The translations under genes were made by a program, and so were the position numbers. From positions 15,439 through 79,438 of the forward strand of contig CAJUNE010000001.1 in NCBI GenBank assembly GCA_910587745.1: a stretch of 64,000 nucleotides of DNA. The letters run 5' to 3'. Shown one piece after another: positions 29,960-40,135 of the stretch; positions within the stretch are counted from its first letter, which is position 1; every line of letters begins with the position of its first letter. The notes under the pieces are model-generated. The model was not told the DNA's origin and ran no database searches. It saw only the letters and a program-made list of their open reading frames with translations. The stretch comes from an uncultured Bacilli bacterium. Lineage in GTDB: Bacteria > Bacillota_I > Bacilli_A > RF39 > UBA660.

Positions 29960-31480
29960 ATGAATGAAATTTTAAAAAGAAGAGCAGCTTTAATTTTAGC
30001 ATTAAGTATACCTTTTAATTTACTAGCGGGTTGTGCTAAAGGAAATAGTAATAATGACGAAAGTGAATCAAGTTCTATAATTGAAGAAGGATTTAGTAAT
30101 GAAGATTTGAAATCATTTTTATCTGAAATGAGTGCAATTACTCCTATTTATAATTTAGAAGAAGTTTTTTTAAGTGAAGAGGAAATAAATAGTTTAATTG
30201 AGGCTTCAAAAAATAATCAAGAATGTGATAATGAAGTATTAGATGCAACTGATATATATAATTCTATAATTGCCAATAGTTTAAACGAAGAAGGCTTAAT
30301 AGCTATTGATTATGAAATAAGTTTAGAAGAAAAAAGAAAATTAGATGCTTATATCAAAGAATGTTTACAAGAAGCATTAGAAAATATGTTAAATAAAAAT
30401 GAAATATCATTAGAAGATGCATGCGCCATGAAACAATTAAGAATAGTAATTGGTAAAAGTGAAGAAAACGTATGGACTACTTACTATCAGAAAGATAAAG
30501 TATTATTAATTGATTACGAGAAAGTACAATCATCATATATTAATTATGAAAATGAAAATTTTAGAAACAATTTAATAAGAGAAGGTTTAATAAGAGGCAT
30601 CCAATTAACATTATTCTATCCACGTTTAGAAACTTGTGCTTGCCGTTTAGAAAAAGGTCAAACAAATATAAGTATAGGAGAAGGAAATGTTTTAGATAGT
30701 TTAATAAAAAGTGGACTTTACAGTGGTGATAATAGTGATTTAGGAAATGTTAATAGAACTATTTTTGATAATTTAGATATAAATAACAAGCATAATTTAT
30801 CCGTTTTATTACTTCTAGCAACTTTTAAAGAAAATAGAAATATTGACGATTTATATGAAATAGTATTTAATAGTGATTTAGAAGGATTATACAGATATTT
30901 CAATTTAACAACTAAAGAAGAAGTTGAGAAGTTTTATCAAATTACTAGAACAATGGAAGTACTAACTACTGATAATGAGTATCAAGAAGCATTTTTTACA
31001 AATACAACTTCCACTTATTCAACAGCTTTTAGAGATTATGTTGGATATGGCTACAAAGCAGATATATTTAAACTTACTATAAAAGATTTAATGACTTCAA
31101 TCGCCAGTACCAAAGATTTAAGTAAAGAAGAAGTTATGTTTTTATATAAATATGTTAAACATATTATTTTAAATAATGCAGGATTAAACGATAACTATTA
31201 CGATTATGAACCAAATTTTGTAAATACAATTATAGCAATCGAAAATATATTCTTTAATTTTTTTGGTAAATTTTATAATATAAGTTTAGAAGAATTAGAT
31301 GAGTTATATGATGATACATGGTTATATCGATCTTGGTATTTAGAAGATGGTACAGATACTCATGATATAGAATTCTCAAAACTATTAGAAAAATATCCAC
31401 TATTACAATTTATTGAAATAAATTATAGAGCTTCAAGTTCTTATATTGATAATTTTGATGAAAGTGTAGGAAGAAGATAA
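29960..31480 (+). CDS. hypothetical lipoprotein
   Basis: Signal peptide with lipobox LLAGC after Met at 29960 (RBS AAGAGGGA upstream). The listed start 29885 adds 25 unlikely residues. Acidic Ser-rich linker follows the Cys. Confidence 0.5.
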   Translation: MNEILKRRAALILALSIPFNLLAGCAKGNSNNDESESSSIIEEGFSNEDLKSFLSEMSAITPIYNLEEVFLSEEEINSLIEASKNNQECDNEVLDATDIYNSIIANSLNEEGLIAIDYEISLEEKRKLDAYIKECLQEALENMLNKNEISLEDACAMKQLRIVIGKSEENVWTTYYQKDKVLLIDYEKVQSSYINYENENFRNNLIREGLIRGIQLTLFYPRLETCACRLEKGQTNISIGEGNVLDSLIKSGLYSGDNSDLGNVNRTIFDNLDINNKHNLSVLLLLATFKENRNIDDLYEIVFNSDLEGLYRYFNLTTKEEVEKFYQITRTMEVLTTDNEYQEAFFTNTTSTYSTAFRDYVGYGYKADIFKLTIKDLMTSIASTKDLSKEEVMFLYKYVKHIILNNAGLNDNYYDYEPNFVNTIIAIENIFFNFFGKFYNISLEELDELYDDTWLYRSWYLEDGTDTHDIEFSKLLEKYPLLQFIEINYRASSSYIDNFDESVGRR

Positions 31481-31576
31481 GAAAAAACTTATCTTTTTTA
31501 ATATTAAAGATTTATTAAAAAGGTTGATTTATCTATTAAAATACTATAAAATATATAATACAAGGAAGATGATTAA

Positions 31577-32440
31577 ATGAAAAAGCTAATAAAACTTTTT
31601 ACTTTAGTATGTTTTATGTTTTGTTTATCAGGGTGTTTTAAAGAAGATGTCTTAAGTAATGATAATGTTTACACAACTATATACCCTATAAAATATTTAA
31701 CAGATGTATTATATGGTGATACTAAAACCATTGCAAGTATTTATCCAAATGGCGCTAATGTTTCTAAATATGAACTTACCAAAAAGCAAAAAGAAGTATA
31801 TAGTTTAGGTTCATTATTTGTGTATAATGGTATTACTACCGAAAAAGAATTAGCAAGAGAATTTTTAAAGAAGAATAAAAATATATTACTTATAGATGCA
31901 TCATACAATTTAAAATATGATACTGATATTGAAGAATTATGGCTATCTCCAAACAATTATTTAATGCTTGCCAAAAACATTAAAAATAATTTAATTGAGT
32001 ACACAACCAGTAAAGTTACAAAAGAATCAATTGAAAAAAACTTTAAAGCTTTAGAAGAAAGATTATCATATATGGATGCTGATTTAAGAAGTATCGCAAC
32101 TTCTGCAGCTAATGAAGGAAGTACACTTATAGTAACATCTTCAAGTAAATTAAATTTCTTAAAGAAATATGGTTTTGAAATTTTAAATCTATCAAATAGT
32201 AGTATTAATGAGAATACTATCAAAAGTAATTTTAAAAATGAAAACTACAAAGACATATACTTATGTAGTACTGATCAAAAAACAGCTTTAATAACTGATT
32301 TAGAGACCAACTATGGAGCTAATGTTATAATGGTTAATAGTATGGAAACCTTAACTGATAATGAAGTAGCAAATAAAGAAAATTATGAAACCATAATGAA
32401 TAATTTTATAGAAAATATTCGTAATACTACCTTAAGTTAA
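31577..32440 (+). CDS. TroA/ZnuA-like (cluster A-I) solute-binding lipoprotein lacking canonical metal-ligating His
   Basis: Lipobox LSGC. VYTTIYPIKYLTDVLYGDT...NGANVSKYELT...LFVYNGITTE aligns with the ZnuA/TroA N-lobe, but 'dpHdYE' is replaced by 'anvSKYE'. Confidence 0.5.
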   Translation: MKKLIKLFTLVCFMFCLSGCFKEDVLSNDNVYTTIYPIKYLTDVLYGDTKTIASIYPNGANVSKYELTKKQKEVYSLGSLFVYNGITTEKELAREFLKKNKNILLIDASYNLKYDTDIEELWLSPNNYLMLAKNIKNNLIEYTTSKVTKESIEKNFKALEERLSYMDADLRSIATSAANEGSTLIVTSSSKLNFLKKYGFEILNLSNSSINENTIKSNFKNENYKDIYLCSTDQKTALITDLETNYGANVIMVNSMETLTDNEVANKENYETIMNNFIENIRNTTLS

Positions 32441-32494
32441 CTTGAGTTAGTATTTTTTTTATGATAAAATAATTTTACTAGGGAGATGATTACA

Positions 32495-33802
32495 ATGTTT
32501 GAATACATGGGAGATAGAATAAGTAAAGCATTAAAAAACATTAGAGGAATGGGTTCTATAACTGAAGAAAATATTAGTGAAGCTATGCGCGAAATAAGAC
32601 TTGCTTTACTAGAAGCCGATGTTAACTATCAAGTTGTAAAAGAGTTTGTAGCTAGTGTCAAAGAAAAAGCTATTGGAGAAGATGTTGGCAAAAGTTTAAA
32701 ACCAGATGAATTATTTATTAAATTAGTAAAAGATGAATTAGTTACTCTTTTAGGAGGAGACCATGTTCCTTTAAAAGTTAATAATGGTACTACAATATTA
32801 ATGTTATGTGGACTTCAAGGTTCAGGAAAAACAACAACCGCCGGTAAGCTTGCAAATTTCTTAAGAAAAAAACATCATAAAAAACCTTTATTAGTCGCTT
32901 GTGATATATATCGTCCTGCAGCTATTGACCAATTAGTAAGTGTGGGAAAAAGTATTGATATTCCAGTATTTACAAAAGGAAAAGTAAATCCTAATGAAAT
33001 TATTAAAGATGCCTTAGAATATGCTAAAGAAAATAATCTAGATTACATTATAATCGATACAGCAGGTAGATTACAAATCGATGAAAGCCTAATGCAAGAA
33101 TTAAAAGATATATCTAGTAATTTTAAGATAGATGAAACAATACTAGTAATTGATGCCATGATGGGTCAAGATGCCATAAATGTTATTAATGGTTTTAATA
33201 GTGCTCTTAATTTAACAGGAACAATTCTAACCAAACTTGATGGTAATACCAAAGGTGGAGTAGCATTATCTGTAAGGCATTTAACTAATATTCCAATTAA
33301 ATTTGTTGGTGATTCAGAAAAAATGGATGGCTTAAGAGAATTTTATCCTGAGGTTATGGCAAATAGAATATTAGACATGGGAGATATATTAGGGATCGCT
33401 GAAAAAGTTGAGAATTTAATTAGTGAAGATGACGCTAAAAATCAAATGAATAAAATGAAAAAAGGAAATTATGATTTAGAAGATTTCATGATGAATTTAC
33501 GTCAAATAAAAAAATTAGGACCATTAGAAAATATTTTAAAGATGTTACCAGGCGCTAGAAAAATGGGTTTAAATGAAATAAGTATCAATCCCAAAGATAT
33601 CGCGCATATCGAAGCAATTGTAAGTTCAATGACGCCATATGAAAGAAGACATCCTGAAGTATTAAAAGCTACTAGAAAACAAAGAATAGCCAAAGGTTCA
33701 GGCAGAAGTGTTGAAGAAGTTAATAGGTTATTAAAACAATTTGAACAAATGAAAATGATGATGAAGCAAGTATCAAATGGCAATATGAAACTCCCATTTT
33801 AA
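32495..33802 (+). CDS. ffh: signal recognition particle protein Ffh (SRP54)
   Basis: N-domain, GTPase motifs GLQGSGKTTT, DTAGR, TKLDG, and an M-domain rich in Met (MKMMMKQ). ATG 32495 follows RBS GGGAGA by 8 nt. Confidence 0.95.
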   Translation: MFEYMGDRISKALKNIRGMGSITEENISEAMREIRLALLEADVNYQVVKEFVASVKEKAIGEDVGKSLKPDELFIKLVKDELVTLLGGDHVPLKVNNGTTILMLCGLQGSGKTTTAGKLANFLRKKHHKKPLLVACDIYRPAAIDQLVSVGKSIDIPVFTKGKVNPNEIIKDALEYAKENNLDYIIIDTAGRLQIDESLMQELKDISSNFKIDETILVIDAMMGQDAINVINGFNSALNLTGTILTKLDGNTKGGVALSVRHLTNIPIKFVGDSEKMDGLREFYPEVMANRILDMGDILGIAEKVENLISEDDAKNQMNKMKKGNYDLEDFMMNLRQIKKLGPLENILKMLPGARKMGLNEISINPKDIAHIEAIVSSMTPYERRHPEVLKATRKQRIAKGSGRSVEEVNRLLKQFEQMKMMMKQVSNGNMKLPF

Positions 33803-33846
33803 TAAAAACAGGGCTAATATCCTAACAATAAAAAAAGATAAACATA

Positions 33847-33876
33847 AAATACACTAGAAAGGAAAGTGTATTTTTT
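33847..33876 (+). terminator. ffh terminator hairpin whose loop contains the RBS of the next gene
   Basis: Perfect 9-bp stem aaatacact/agtgtattt, loop agaaaggaa (the SD for the 33877 ORF), TTTTTT, then ATG. Confidence 0.5.
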
Positions 33877-34233
33877 ATGAAAATAAATAATAATCGTGAT
33901 TTTGAAACAATGCAAGCAGAAGGCTATTTTAATGCTGAAGTTACAAGCGGAGCAAATATGAATATGGGATATGGAATGAATAGTTGTCCATGTGATATGG
34001 GAATGAATATGAACATGATAGGGGAAACTATGCCAGGAGTAGTATGCCCACCAGTATATGAATGCCCACGTGAAACAGTATGCCATAGATATATTTGTCA
34101 TGAAGTACCACACATTCAACCTTGTAACACAAGAATAATTAATCATCACATATATCGTCACACTTTTACCCCAACTTATTCTTGTTGTGAAGAAAATGAA
34201 GTACAAAACGTATACGAAAGAAGATGCTGCTAA
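33877..34233 (+). CDS. Cys/His-rich small protein, CotD-like (spore coat protein D family-like)
   Basis: VCPPVYECPRETVCHRYICHEVPHIQPCNTRIINHHIYRHTFTPTYSCC matches the V.P..C...H..H..P....NHH..H.F.P CotD pattern as recalled. The antisense ORF 33814-34206 is its Trp/Tyr-rich shadow. Confidence 0.45.
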   Translation: MKINNNRDFETMQAEGYFNAEVTSGANMNMGYGMNSCPCDMGMNMNMIGETMPGVVCPPVYECPRETVCHRYICHEVPHIQPCNTRIINHHIYRHTFTPTYSCCEENEVQNVYERRCC

Positions 34234-34413
34234 TCTTCTTTTTTTTTAAATAAATTAATTAATAATCAATCTTTACTTTATTTTCTCTTAGTACAATTGT
34301 ATAAATATTAAATAAAATACAATCTAGGAATTTAGGTTTAATATATTGATTTGTAGTTAGTATTAAGATATAATAATTAATATAGAGGTATATTAAAAAG
34401 GAGTTTTGTTTTT

Positions 34414-37400
34414 ATGGAATTTATAGAAGATTTGAAAAAAAATAGAAAAATAATTAGTATTATTCTTTGTATATTTTGCATTTTCATTTTATTAATATGT
34501 TTTAGTAGTAGTTCTGGTACTAGTTTTTCGCTAGAAGATATTGCTGTTAAAGTGAATGAGAATAGAGAATTTGTTTATTTATCTGATTTAGATTTTATTA
34601 CAGAAGGCGGCTTATCATTTAATGGTTGGGCTGGTCATGAAATTCAAAAAGATAAAAATCAAGATGGTGGAAATATAAGTATAATAGTAGATGGTGAAAA
34701 AAGGGTATACAATAAAGGAGTTAGTATTCACGCTAGAGGACAAGTGGTATATGATATATCTGCATTTTCTACTGACTATACAAGATTTACAGCTAAATTA
34801 GGACTTGAATCTTCTAAAACAGCGGGTTCTATATGGTTTGAGATATTTGTTTCAAATGATAAAACTACTTGGACATCTTTATTAAAAACAGATACTTTAA
34901 CAAATACAAGTCCAGCAGTTAATGTTGATTTAAATATTGAAGGATATAAGTATTTAAAAATTTATGTTGACCCAGCAGGTTCTAATGCCTCAGACCACGG
35001 AAATGTAGCCGGAGCTAAATTAGCCACAAAAGATTATGTTGACGATGGTATTTATTATGATAAACTTCATAAAGTTGATTATTATGATGAAATATTAAAA
35101 GAGCACGATGCAGAATATAACTATAATAATAATTATAGATTAATATTAGAAAGAGAACTTGTAAATAAATTAGGTTTTTGGAATATTCAAAACAAAGCTG
35201 AATTAAGTTCTGATATGGTAGAAGTATTTGATTGGATACTTAGTGATAATAGGATTGTTGAAGAAATTATTGAAGTTGGAGAAATTTCAAATGCTACAAA
35301 ATTTTTAAACATTATCTTTGATATTTATCATAAATACAAAAATGATTTAAATTCAAGCAATGGTTATGTTTATGAAAAAATGATGATAGCCTTAGCAGCA
35401 GGTTATTCTACTGATAAAATTATATCACCACTTGAATTTAGTTTTCCAAATCCTACATATGACTATTTAGAACGTTTTGAAATAATGAAAAATTTATTTG
35501 ACAATAAAAAACTAAAAATAGTTAAAACTAATGATATGCAAGGTGAATTTGTTGATAATAATTGGTTTAAAGATTATCATGTAGAATTAATGCGTATGGT
35601 AATGCAAGATGGAACAAGCAATGGTGACCTTGTATGGCTTAATGGTTTTACATATGAAAAGAAAAGTGTAAGTTTCTATATGATTGGTTATGTATCTCCA
35701 GTATATACTCAAGATAAATATTATGCTGAAGAAAATAGAGAAAAATATGATAATCAATTTTATTTAAGTAAATACAACGTTCCTTATGGTTTAATAAATG
35801 GCACTAAAATTCCAAGATATTGGATGGTATTTGCTAATGGTGGTATTTGTTGGAATGCTTCTCGTGTTGGTCAGAGTATGTATCGTGTTAATGGTCTTCC
35901 TGCAACAGGCGCTTACCAAGTAGGTCACGAATTATATATCCAATATTATGAAGATGCAAATGGTAATGGTTATTGGTCACCAAGATATGGCAACTGGAGC
36001 GGTGCTGGAAGTACTTGGGGTGGAGGAAATCCTTTCCGTTATATGTTTAACTGGAATAATAAATATTTTACAGACAAACATATTAGTGGTTCAAAAGTAG
36101 CATCAAGTAGTGGCTATCTATATTTAGCACAAGCCAACTTAAATAGATATGAAGATTATAAAAAATCATTATATTTAAATTTAACAGCTAATTCTTTTAC
36201 TGATGATAATAAAAAATTAGAAACCTATTTTAAAGCTTTAGAAGTTAACGATATAAATTTAGATTCTTATGATTATATAATAAATCTTTATAAAAAGCTG
36301 AGTGTTAATAATGAAGGTGGAACAATAACTTCTCGTGATTGGTATGATTTAGCAAATAAAATAATTGAAGCATATACTTATCATCCAGTTGCAATGTTTG
36401 ACTTATTAAATGTTATAAGACCTTATTTAGAAGGTAGTGAGAAACTACATATAGATAGACTAGAAAAAGATGCATTAGAAAAAGCAGCCGCTGCAACATC
36501 AACTGAAACAATTCAAGTAGACGCAGTTAGAACTCATGCTAGACAACTATTAAATAGAGCTCAACCAGACCCTATGTCATTCTCTTTTGATGGTGAAAAT
36601 GCGGGCAAAATTATTAAGAATCCATTATATCAATTAGCTTGGGCATATAGTCTAGATGGTGGAGCAACATTTACTGAATTTATAAATGATGATATACATG
36701 AGCTATCAAAGGAAGAAATAGCTAAAATTACTGCCGATAATGATATAATATTTAAATTTATGGGATTAACTGATTATAGATATACCATAGATATTACAGA
36801 AGGTTCTTTAAGTAGTATTTTATATGCAAACGATTTAGAAAATAGAGTTGTTGGTGTTGATTTAACCTATGAATGGCGTAATAGTGAAAATGATTCTTGG
36901 ACATCATATAGGACAGCTTCTCCAGATAATACTGGAAATAAAACATTACATGTTAGACGAGGAGCTACTGGAACACAATTACCAACAGCTGAAGTAATTT
37001 ATACATTTACACCAGATAATCAACCTGATACTAGAAAATATGTATCCGTATCACATTTATCAATAGAAGCAGTATCTACTCAAGCAACAAATAATGGTGG
37101 TGCAGCTATCTATGCAATTGACGGAAATTATAATACTAGATGGCATAGTGCATGGGATGGAAGTGATACCCAAAGATTTATAACTATAAAATTAGATAAA
37201 CCTAGATTTATTTCAGCAGTAGAATTTGTTCCAGCAGGTGGCGGAAATGGTAGAATAAATGATGGTACTATTTGGGGCAGTATGGATGGTGAAAATTGGG
37301 ATATATTATCAAGAAGAACAGGTATAACTTATTCTTCACAAGCAAACACTAATGAACAGGCTGTCCAGCTTACTCAAAAATTTGAAGTAGATAATCCAAA

Positions 37401-39264
37401 AGAAGTACAATATATTAAAATAGTAGCAGATAGAACAAATGGAAATTGGTTTTCAGCTAGAGGGTTTAATATCTTCCAAGATATAACAAAAAATCCAAGA
37501 CCAACAGCTGGAGTAGGATATAGTACTACCGAACCAACTAATGGTGAAGTAGTAGCAAGACTTTTAAATATAAGTTCAGCTAACTTTGAAATATTAAGTG
37601 AGGGCGGAGACACCCATACATTTACCGAGAATGGTGAATTTACCTTTAGATTTGTTGATAAAGAGACAGGATTAGAAGGTTCATCAGTCGCTAAAGTAGA
37701 TTGGATTGATAAGATAGTTCCTACTGCTACATTTGAATATACTCCTAATTCGCCAACTAATGGTTCAGTAATTGCTAAATTAAAACCAAGCGAAAAAGTT
37801 ACGGTAACGAATAATGGAATTTTTACTGTCGATGAAGAAGGAAATATTTATAATAATGATGGAATTATGATTCCAGGCTTAACAGCAGATGAAAATGGTG
37901 ATGTTTGGGATACTAATGGAAATTATGTTACAAATATAAATCCATTCACATATGAATTCCTTTCAAACGGTGAGTTTACATTTGAGTTTGTAGACACAGC
38001 TGGAAATAAAAGTACAGCAACAGCAAAAGTAGATTGGATTGATACAACAGCTCCGAAAGCAACTTTATCATATAGTAAAGATACATTAACTAATGAGGAT
38101 GTAGTAGTAACAATTAATTTTAATGAGGAAGCTATTGTTACAAATAATAATAATAGTAAGACCTATACGTTTAAAGATAATGGCGAGTTTACTTTTGAAT
38201 TTAGAGATTTAGCTGGTAATACAGGTCAAATTACTGCTAAAGTTACATGGATGGATAAAATAGCTCCAACCGCAGAATTAAAATATGAAAAAATTGATGA
38301 TAAAGTAGTAGTTAAAGTAATAAATCCAAGTGAAGAAATAACTTTTAAAGAAGGCATTGGAGTATATGAATTTACTAAAAATGGTAATTATGAAATAATA
38401 TTTTACGATAAAGCAGGTAATGCTGGAAAATTAATTGCAGTTATAAAAGATTTTGAGGATGATAATGAAGAACCCGAAGAAAAGCCAACAGATCCCGATA
38501 ATCCAACAAATCCAAGTGATCCTTCAAATCCAGACAAACCAACAGACCCAGATAATCCGACAGATCCAAGTGATCCTTCAAATCCAGACAAACCAACAGA
38601 CCCGGATAATCCAACAGATCCAAGTAATCCTTCAAATCCGGACAAACCAACAAATCCGGGTAATCCAACGAATCCAGATAATTCAAATAAACCAGGCAAT
38701 TCCGGAAATACAGGAGGCAATAACAAGCCAGTTAATCCAGATAATAGCGATGTAACTGAGCCAATTAATAAGGAATATGAAAAATATAATATAAGAAATG
38801 TATTAGTTGAAATTCCTAAGAAATTGATACAAGATGGATATAAGGTTAATGCTCCTGAGTTTGAATTATCAAGTGAATTAAGAAGTAAATTTGGAGAAGA
38901 TAGTGAATTTTATGATATACATATTTTAGATAACAATTTAACAAGATTAGATTTAAATTCAAAAAGTCCTATAAAAATTACTATCAGCTTAAAGAAAGCG
39001 AAAAGATTCTTAGGTATTTATGAAATAACAGATGATAATAATATTAAGATTATAGATTATGAGCGAAATGGAGATAACATAGAGATTATAACAAATAAGT
39101 TAGGTAAATATGTATTATCATATACAGAACTAGAATTAGTACATCCAGGAATAAAAATACCAGTAGTAAAAGAAAATAATAATGTTATTTTACCGATAGT
39201 TATTACTTTAACAAGTGTAGTAATATTAGGAATAGTATTTTATAATATTAAGAAAAAAAATTAA
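34414..39264 (+). CDS. giant cell-surface protein: signal/TM, NPCBM domain, unassigned central domain, F5/8 type C (discoidin) domain, four or more Ig-like repeats, PT-rich tandem-repeat stalk, C-terminal TM anchor
   Basis: N-terminal NPCBM pattern (GGLSFNGWAGHEIQ...GSIWFEIFVSNDKTTW...YLKIYVDPAG). Discoidin pattern (AIDGNYNTRWHSAWDGSDTQRFITIKLDKPRFISAVEF). Repeated ...NGEFTFEFVD.AGN....AKVDWID..AP.A modules. Three 18-aa PTDPDNPTxPSxPSNPDK repeats. C-terminal hydrophobic helix plus KKKN. Confidence 0.7.
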   Translation: MEFIEDLKKNRKIISIILCIFCIFILLICFSSSSGTSFSLEDIAVKVNENREFVYLSDLDFITEGGLSFNGWAGHEIQKDKNQDGGNISIIVDGEKRVYNKGVSIHARGQVVYDISAFSTDYTRFTAKLGLESSKTAGSIWFEIFVSNDKTTWTSLLKTDTLTNTSPAVNVDLNIEGYKYLKIYVDPAGSNASDHGNVAGAKLATKDYVDDGIYYDKLHKVDYYDEILKEHDAEYNYNNNYRLILERELVNKLGFWNIQNKAELSSDMVEVFDWILSDNRIVEEIIEVGEISNATKFLNIIFDIYHKYKNDLNSSNGYVYEKMMIALAAGYSTDKIISPLEFSFPNPTYDYLERFEIMKNLFDNKKLKIVKTNDMQGEFVDNNWFKDYHVELMRMVMQDGTSNGDLVWLNGFTYEKKSVSFYMIGYVSPVYTQDKYYAEENREKYDNQFYLSKYNVPYGLINGTKIPRYWMVFANGGICWNASRVGQSMYRVNGLPATGAYQVGHELYIQYYEDANGNGYWSPRYGNWSGAGSTWGGGNPFRYMFNWNNKYFTDKHISGSKVASSSGYLYLAQANLNRYEDYKKSLYLNLTANSFTDDNKKLETYFKALEVNDINLDSYDYIINLYKKLSVNNEGGTITSRDWYDLANKIIEAYTYHPVAMFDLLNVIRPYLEGSEKLHIDRLEKDALEKAAAATSTETIQVDAVRTHARQLLNRAQPDPMSFSFDGENAGKIIKNPLYQLAWAYSLDGGATFTEFINDDIHELSKEEIAKITADNDIIFKFMGLTDYRYTIDITEGSLSSILYANDLENRVVGVDLTYEWRNSENDSWTSYRTASPDNTGNKTLHVRRGATGTQLPTAEVIYTFTPDNQPDTRKYVSVSHLSIEAVSTQATNNGGAAIYAIDGNYNTRWHSAWDGSDTQRFITIKLDKPRFISAVEFVPAGGGNGRINDGTIWGSMDGENWDILSRRTGITYSSQANTNEQAVQLTQKFEVDNPKEVQYIKIVADRTNGNWFSARGFNIFQDITKNPRPTAGVGYSTTEPTNGEVVARLLNISSANFEILSEGGDTHTFTENGEFTFRFVDKETGLEGSSVAKVDWIDKIVPTATFEYTPNSPTNGSVIAKLKPSEKVTVTNNGIFTVDEEGNIYNNDGIMIPGLTADENGDVWDTNGNYVTNINPFTYEFLSNGEFTFEFVDTAGNKSTATAKVDWIDTTAPKATLSYSKDTLTNEDVVVTINFNEEAIVTNNNNSKTYTFKDNGEFTFEFRDLAGNTGQITAKVTWMDKIAPTAELKYEKIDDKVVVKVINPSEEITFKEGIGVYEFTKNGNYEIIFYDKAGNAGKLIAVIKDFEDDNEEPEEKPTDPDNPTNPSDPSNPDKPTDPDNPTDPSDPSNPDKPTDPDNPTDPSNPSNPDKPTNPGNPTNPDNSNKPGNSGNTGGNNKPVNPDNSDVTEPINKEYEKYNIRNVLVEIPKKLIQDGYKVNAPEFELSSELRSKFGEDSEFYDIHILDNNLTRLDLNSKSPIKITISLKKAKRFLGIYEITDDNNIKIIDYERNGDNIEIITNKLGKYVLSYTELELVHPGIKIPVVKENNNVILPIVITLTSVVILGIVFYNIKKKN
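38485..38700 (+). repeat. three tandem 54-bp coding repeats plus a degenerate fourth (PT-rich stalk) inside the surface-protein gene
   Basis: ccaacagaYccSgataatccRacaRatccaagtRatccttcaaatccRgacaaa x3, about 90% identical. Confidence 0.8.
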
Positions 39265-39274
39265 AATAGAAAAA

Positions 39275-39305
39275 GTGGATACAATATTTTGTATTCATTT
39301 TTTTT
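39275..39305 (+). terminator. terminator after the surface-protein gene
   Basis: ggatacaa-tatt-ttgtattc hairpin followed by an 8-T run. Confidence 0.45.
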
Positions 39306-39358
39306 GAAAAAACTAGGTAAATTAATATTATATTTTCATATAATTTAGTGGTGGTTAG

Positions 39359-40135
39359 ATGAATATAAAACTAATATTAAAAGGGTTTATAGTTGGTTTA
39401 GGAAAAATTATCCCAGGAGTATCAGGGTCAATGCTTGCTATAACATTAGGGATATATGAAAACATTTTAGAAGCAGTTACCAATTTTTTTAATAATCCTA
39501 AAATGCATTCTAAGTTATTATTTAATTTTGGGATAGGAGTCTTTTTAGCAATTATCTTCTTTAGTAAATTAATTTTATTTTTATTAAATAACTATTATGA
39601 ACCAACAATGTATTTATTTTTAGGTTTAATAGTTGGTACACTCTTACCATTTACCAAAGAGTTAAAATGGAATATTAAAAGCTTTATATTATTTATAGTG
39701 TTTTTAAGTTTAACATTTATATTATCTTTTATTAGTACAACTACTAATTTTATCTTTACAGGTAGTTTATTAGATTATTTATATACCAGTTTTTTAGGTA
39801 GTATTGATGCTTTTACTTCTATTGTACCAGGCATAAGTGGAACAGCTATATTTATGCTTTTAGGTTCATATGAATATGTATTAAAAATATTATCAAATCC
39901 TTTTAGTTTATTATTTATAATATATGGAATAGGGTTAATACTCGGAATAATTATAATTTGTTATATCATGAATTATTTATTAAAGCACAAAAGAAATGAA
40001 ACCAATATTGTAGTATTTGCATTTATGATAAGTTCTGTTGGAATATTATTAATGGGAATAAAAAACTTTTTTAATGTATTTATGTTATTAATGTTTATAA
40101 TAGGAATAATTATAGGTTATCTTTTTGACAAATAG
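39359..40135 (+). CDS. DUF368 family membrane protein (putative polyprenyl-phosphate transporter-like)
   Basis: Duplicated PGVSGS / PGISGT motifs at the start of each half of a polytopic membrane protein, as recalled for DUF368. Confidence 0.55.
   Translation: MNIKLILKGFIVGLGKIIPGVSGSMLAITLGIYENILEAVTNFFNNPKMHSKLLFNFGIGVFLAIIFFSKLILFLLNNYYEPTMYLFLGLIVGTLLPFTKELKWNIKSFILFIVFLSLTFILSFISTTTNFIFTGSLLDYLYTSFLGSIDAFTSIVPGISGTAIFMLLGSYEYVLKILSNPFSLLFIIYGIGLILGIIIICYIMNYLLKHKRNETNIVVFAFMISSVGILLMGIKNFFNVFMLLMFIIGIIIGYLFDK

Noticed and set aside
33814-34206. 130-aa minus-strand ORF opposite the CotD-like gene
   Set aside because: It is the reverse-complement shadow of the Cys/His-rich codons (it yields a Trp/Tyr/His-rich nonsense protein). 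The + strand ORF has the RBS and a family-like pattern.
38403-38755. Three overlapping ORFs (two minus, one plus) in the PT-repeat region
   Set aside because: These are repeat-driven frame artifacts inside the 1616-aa gene, and their translations are low-complexity echoes of the repeat.
34414-39264. M60-like/enhancin peptidase assignment for the surface protein
   Set aside because: No HExxH(E) motif anywhere in the protein.
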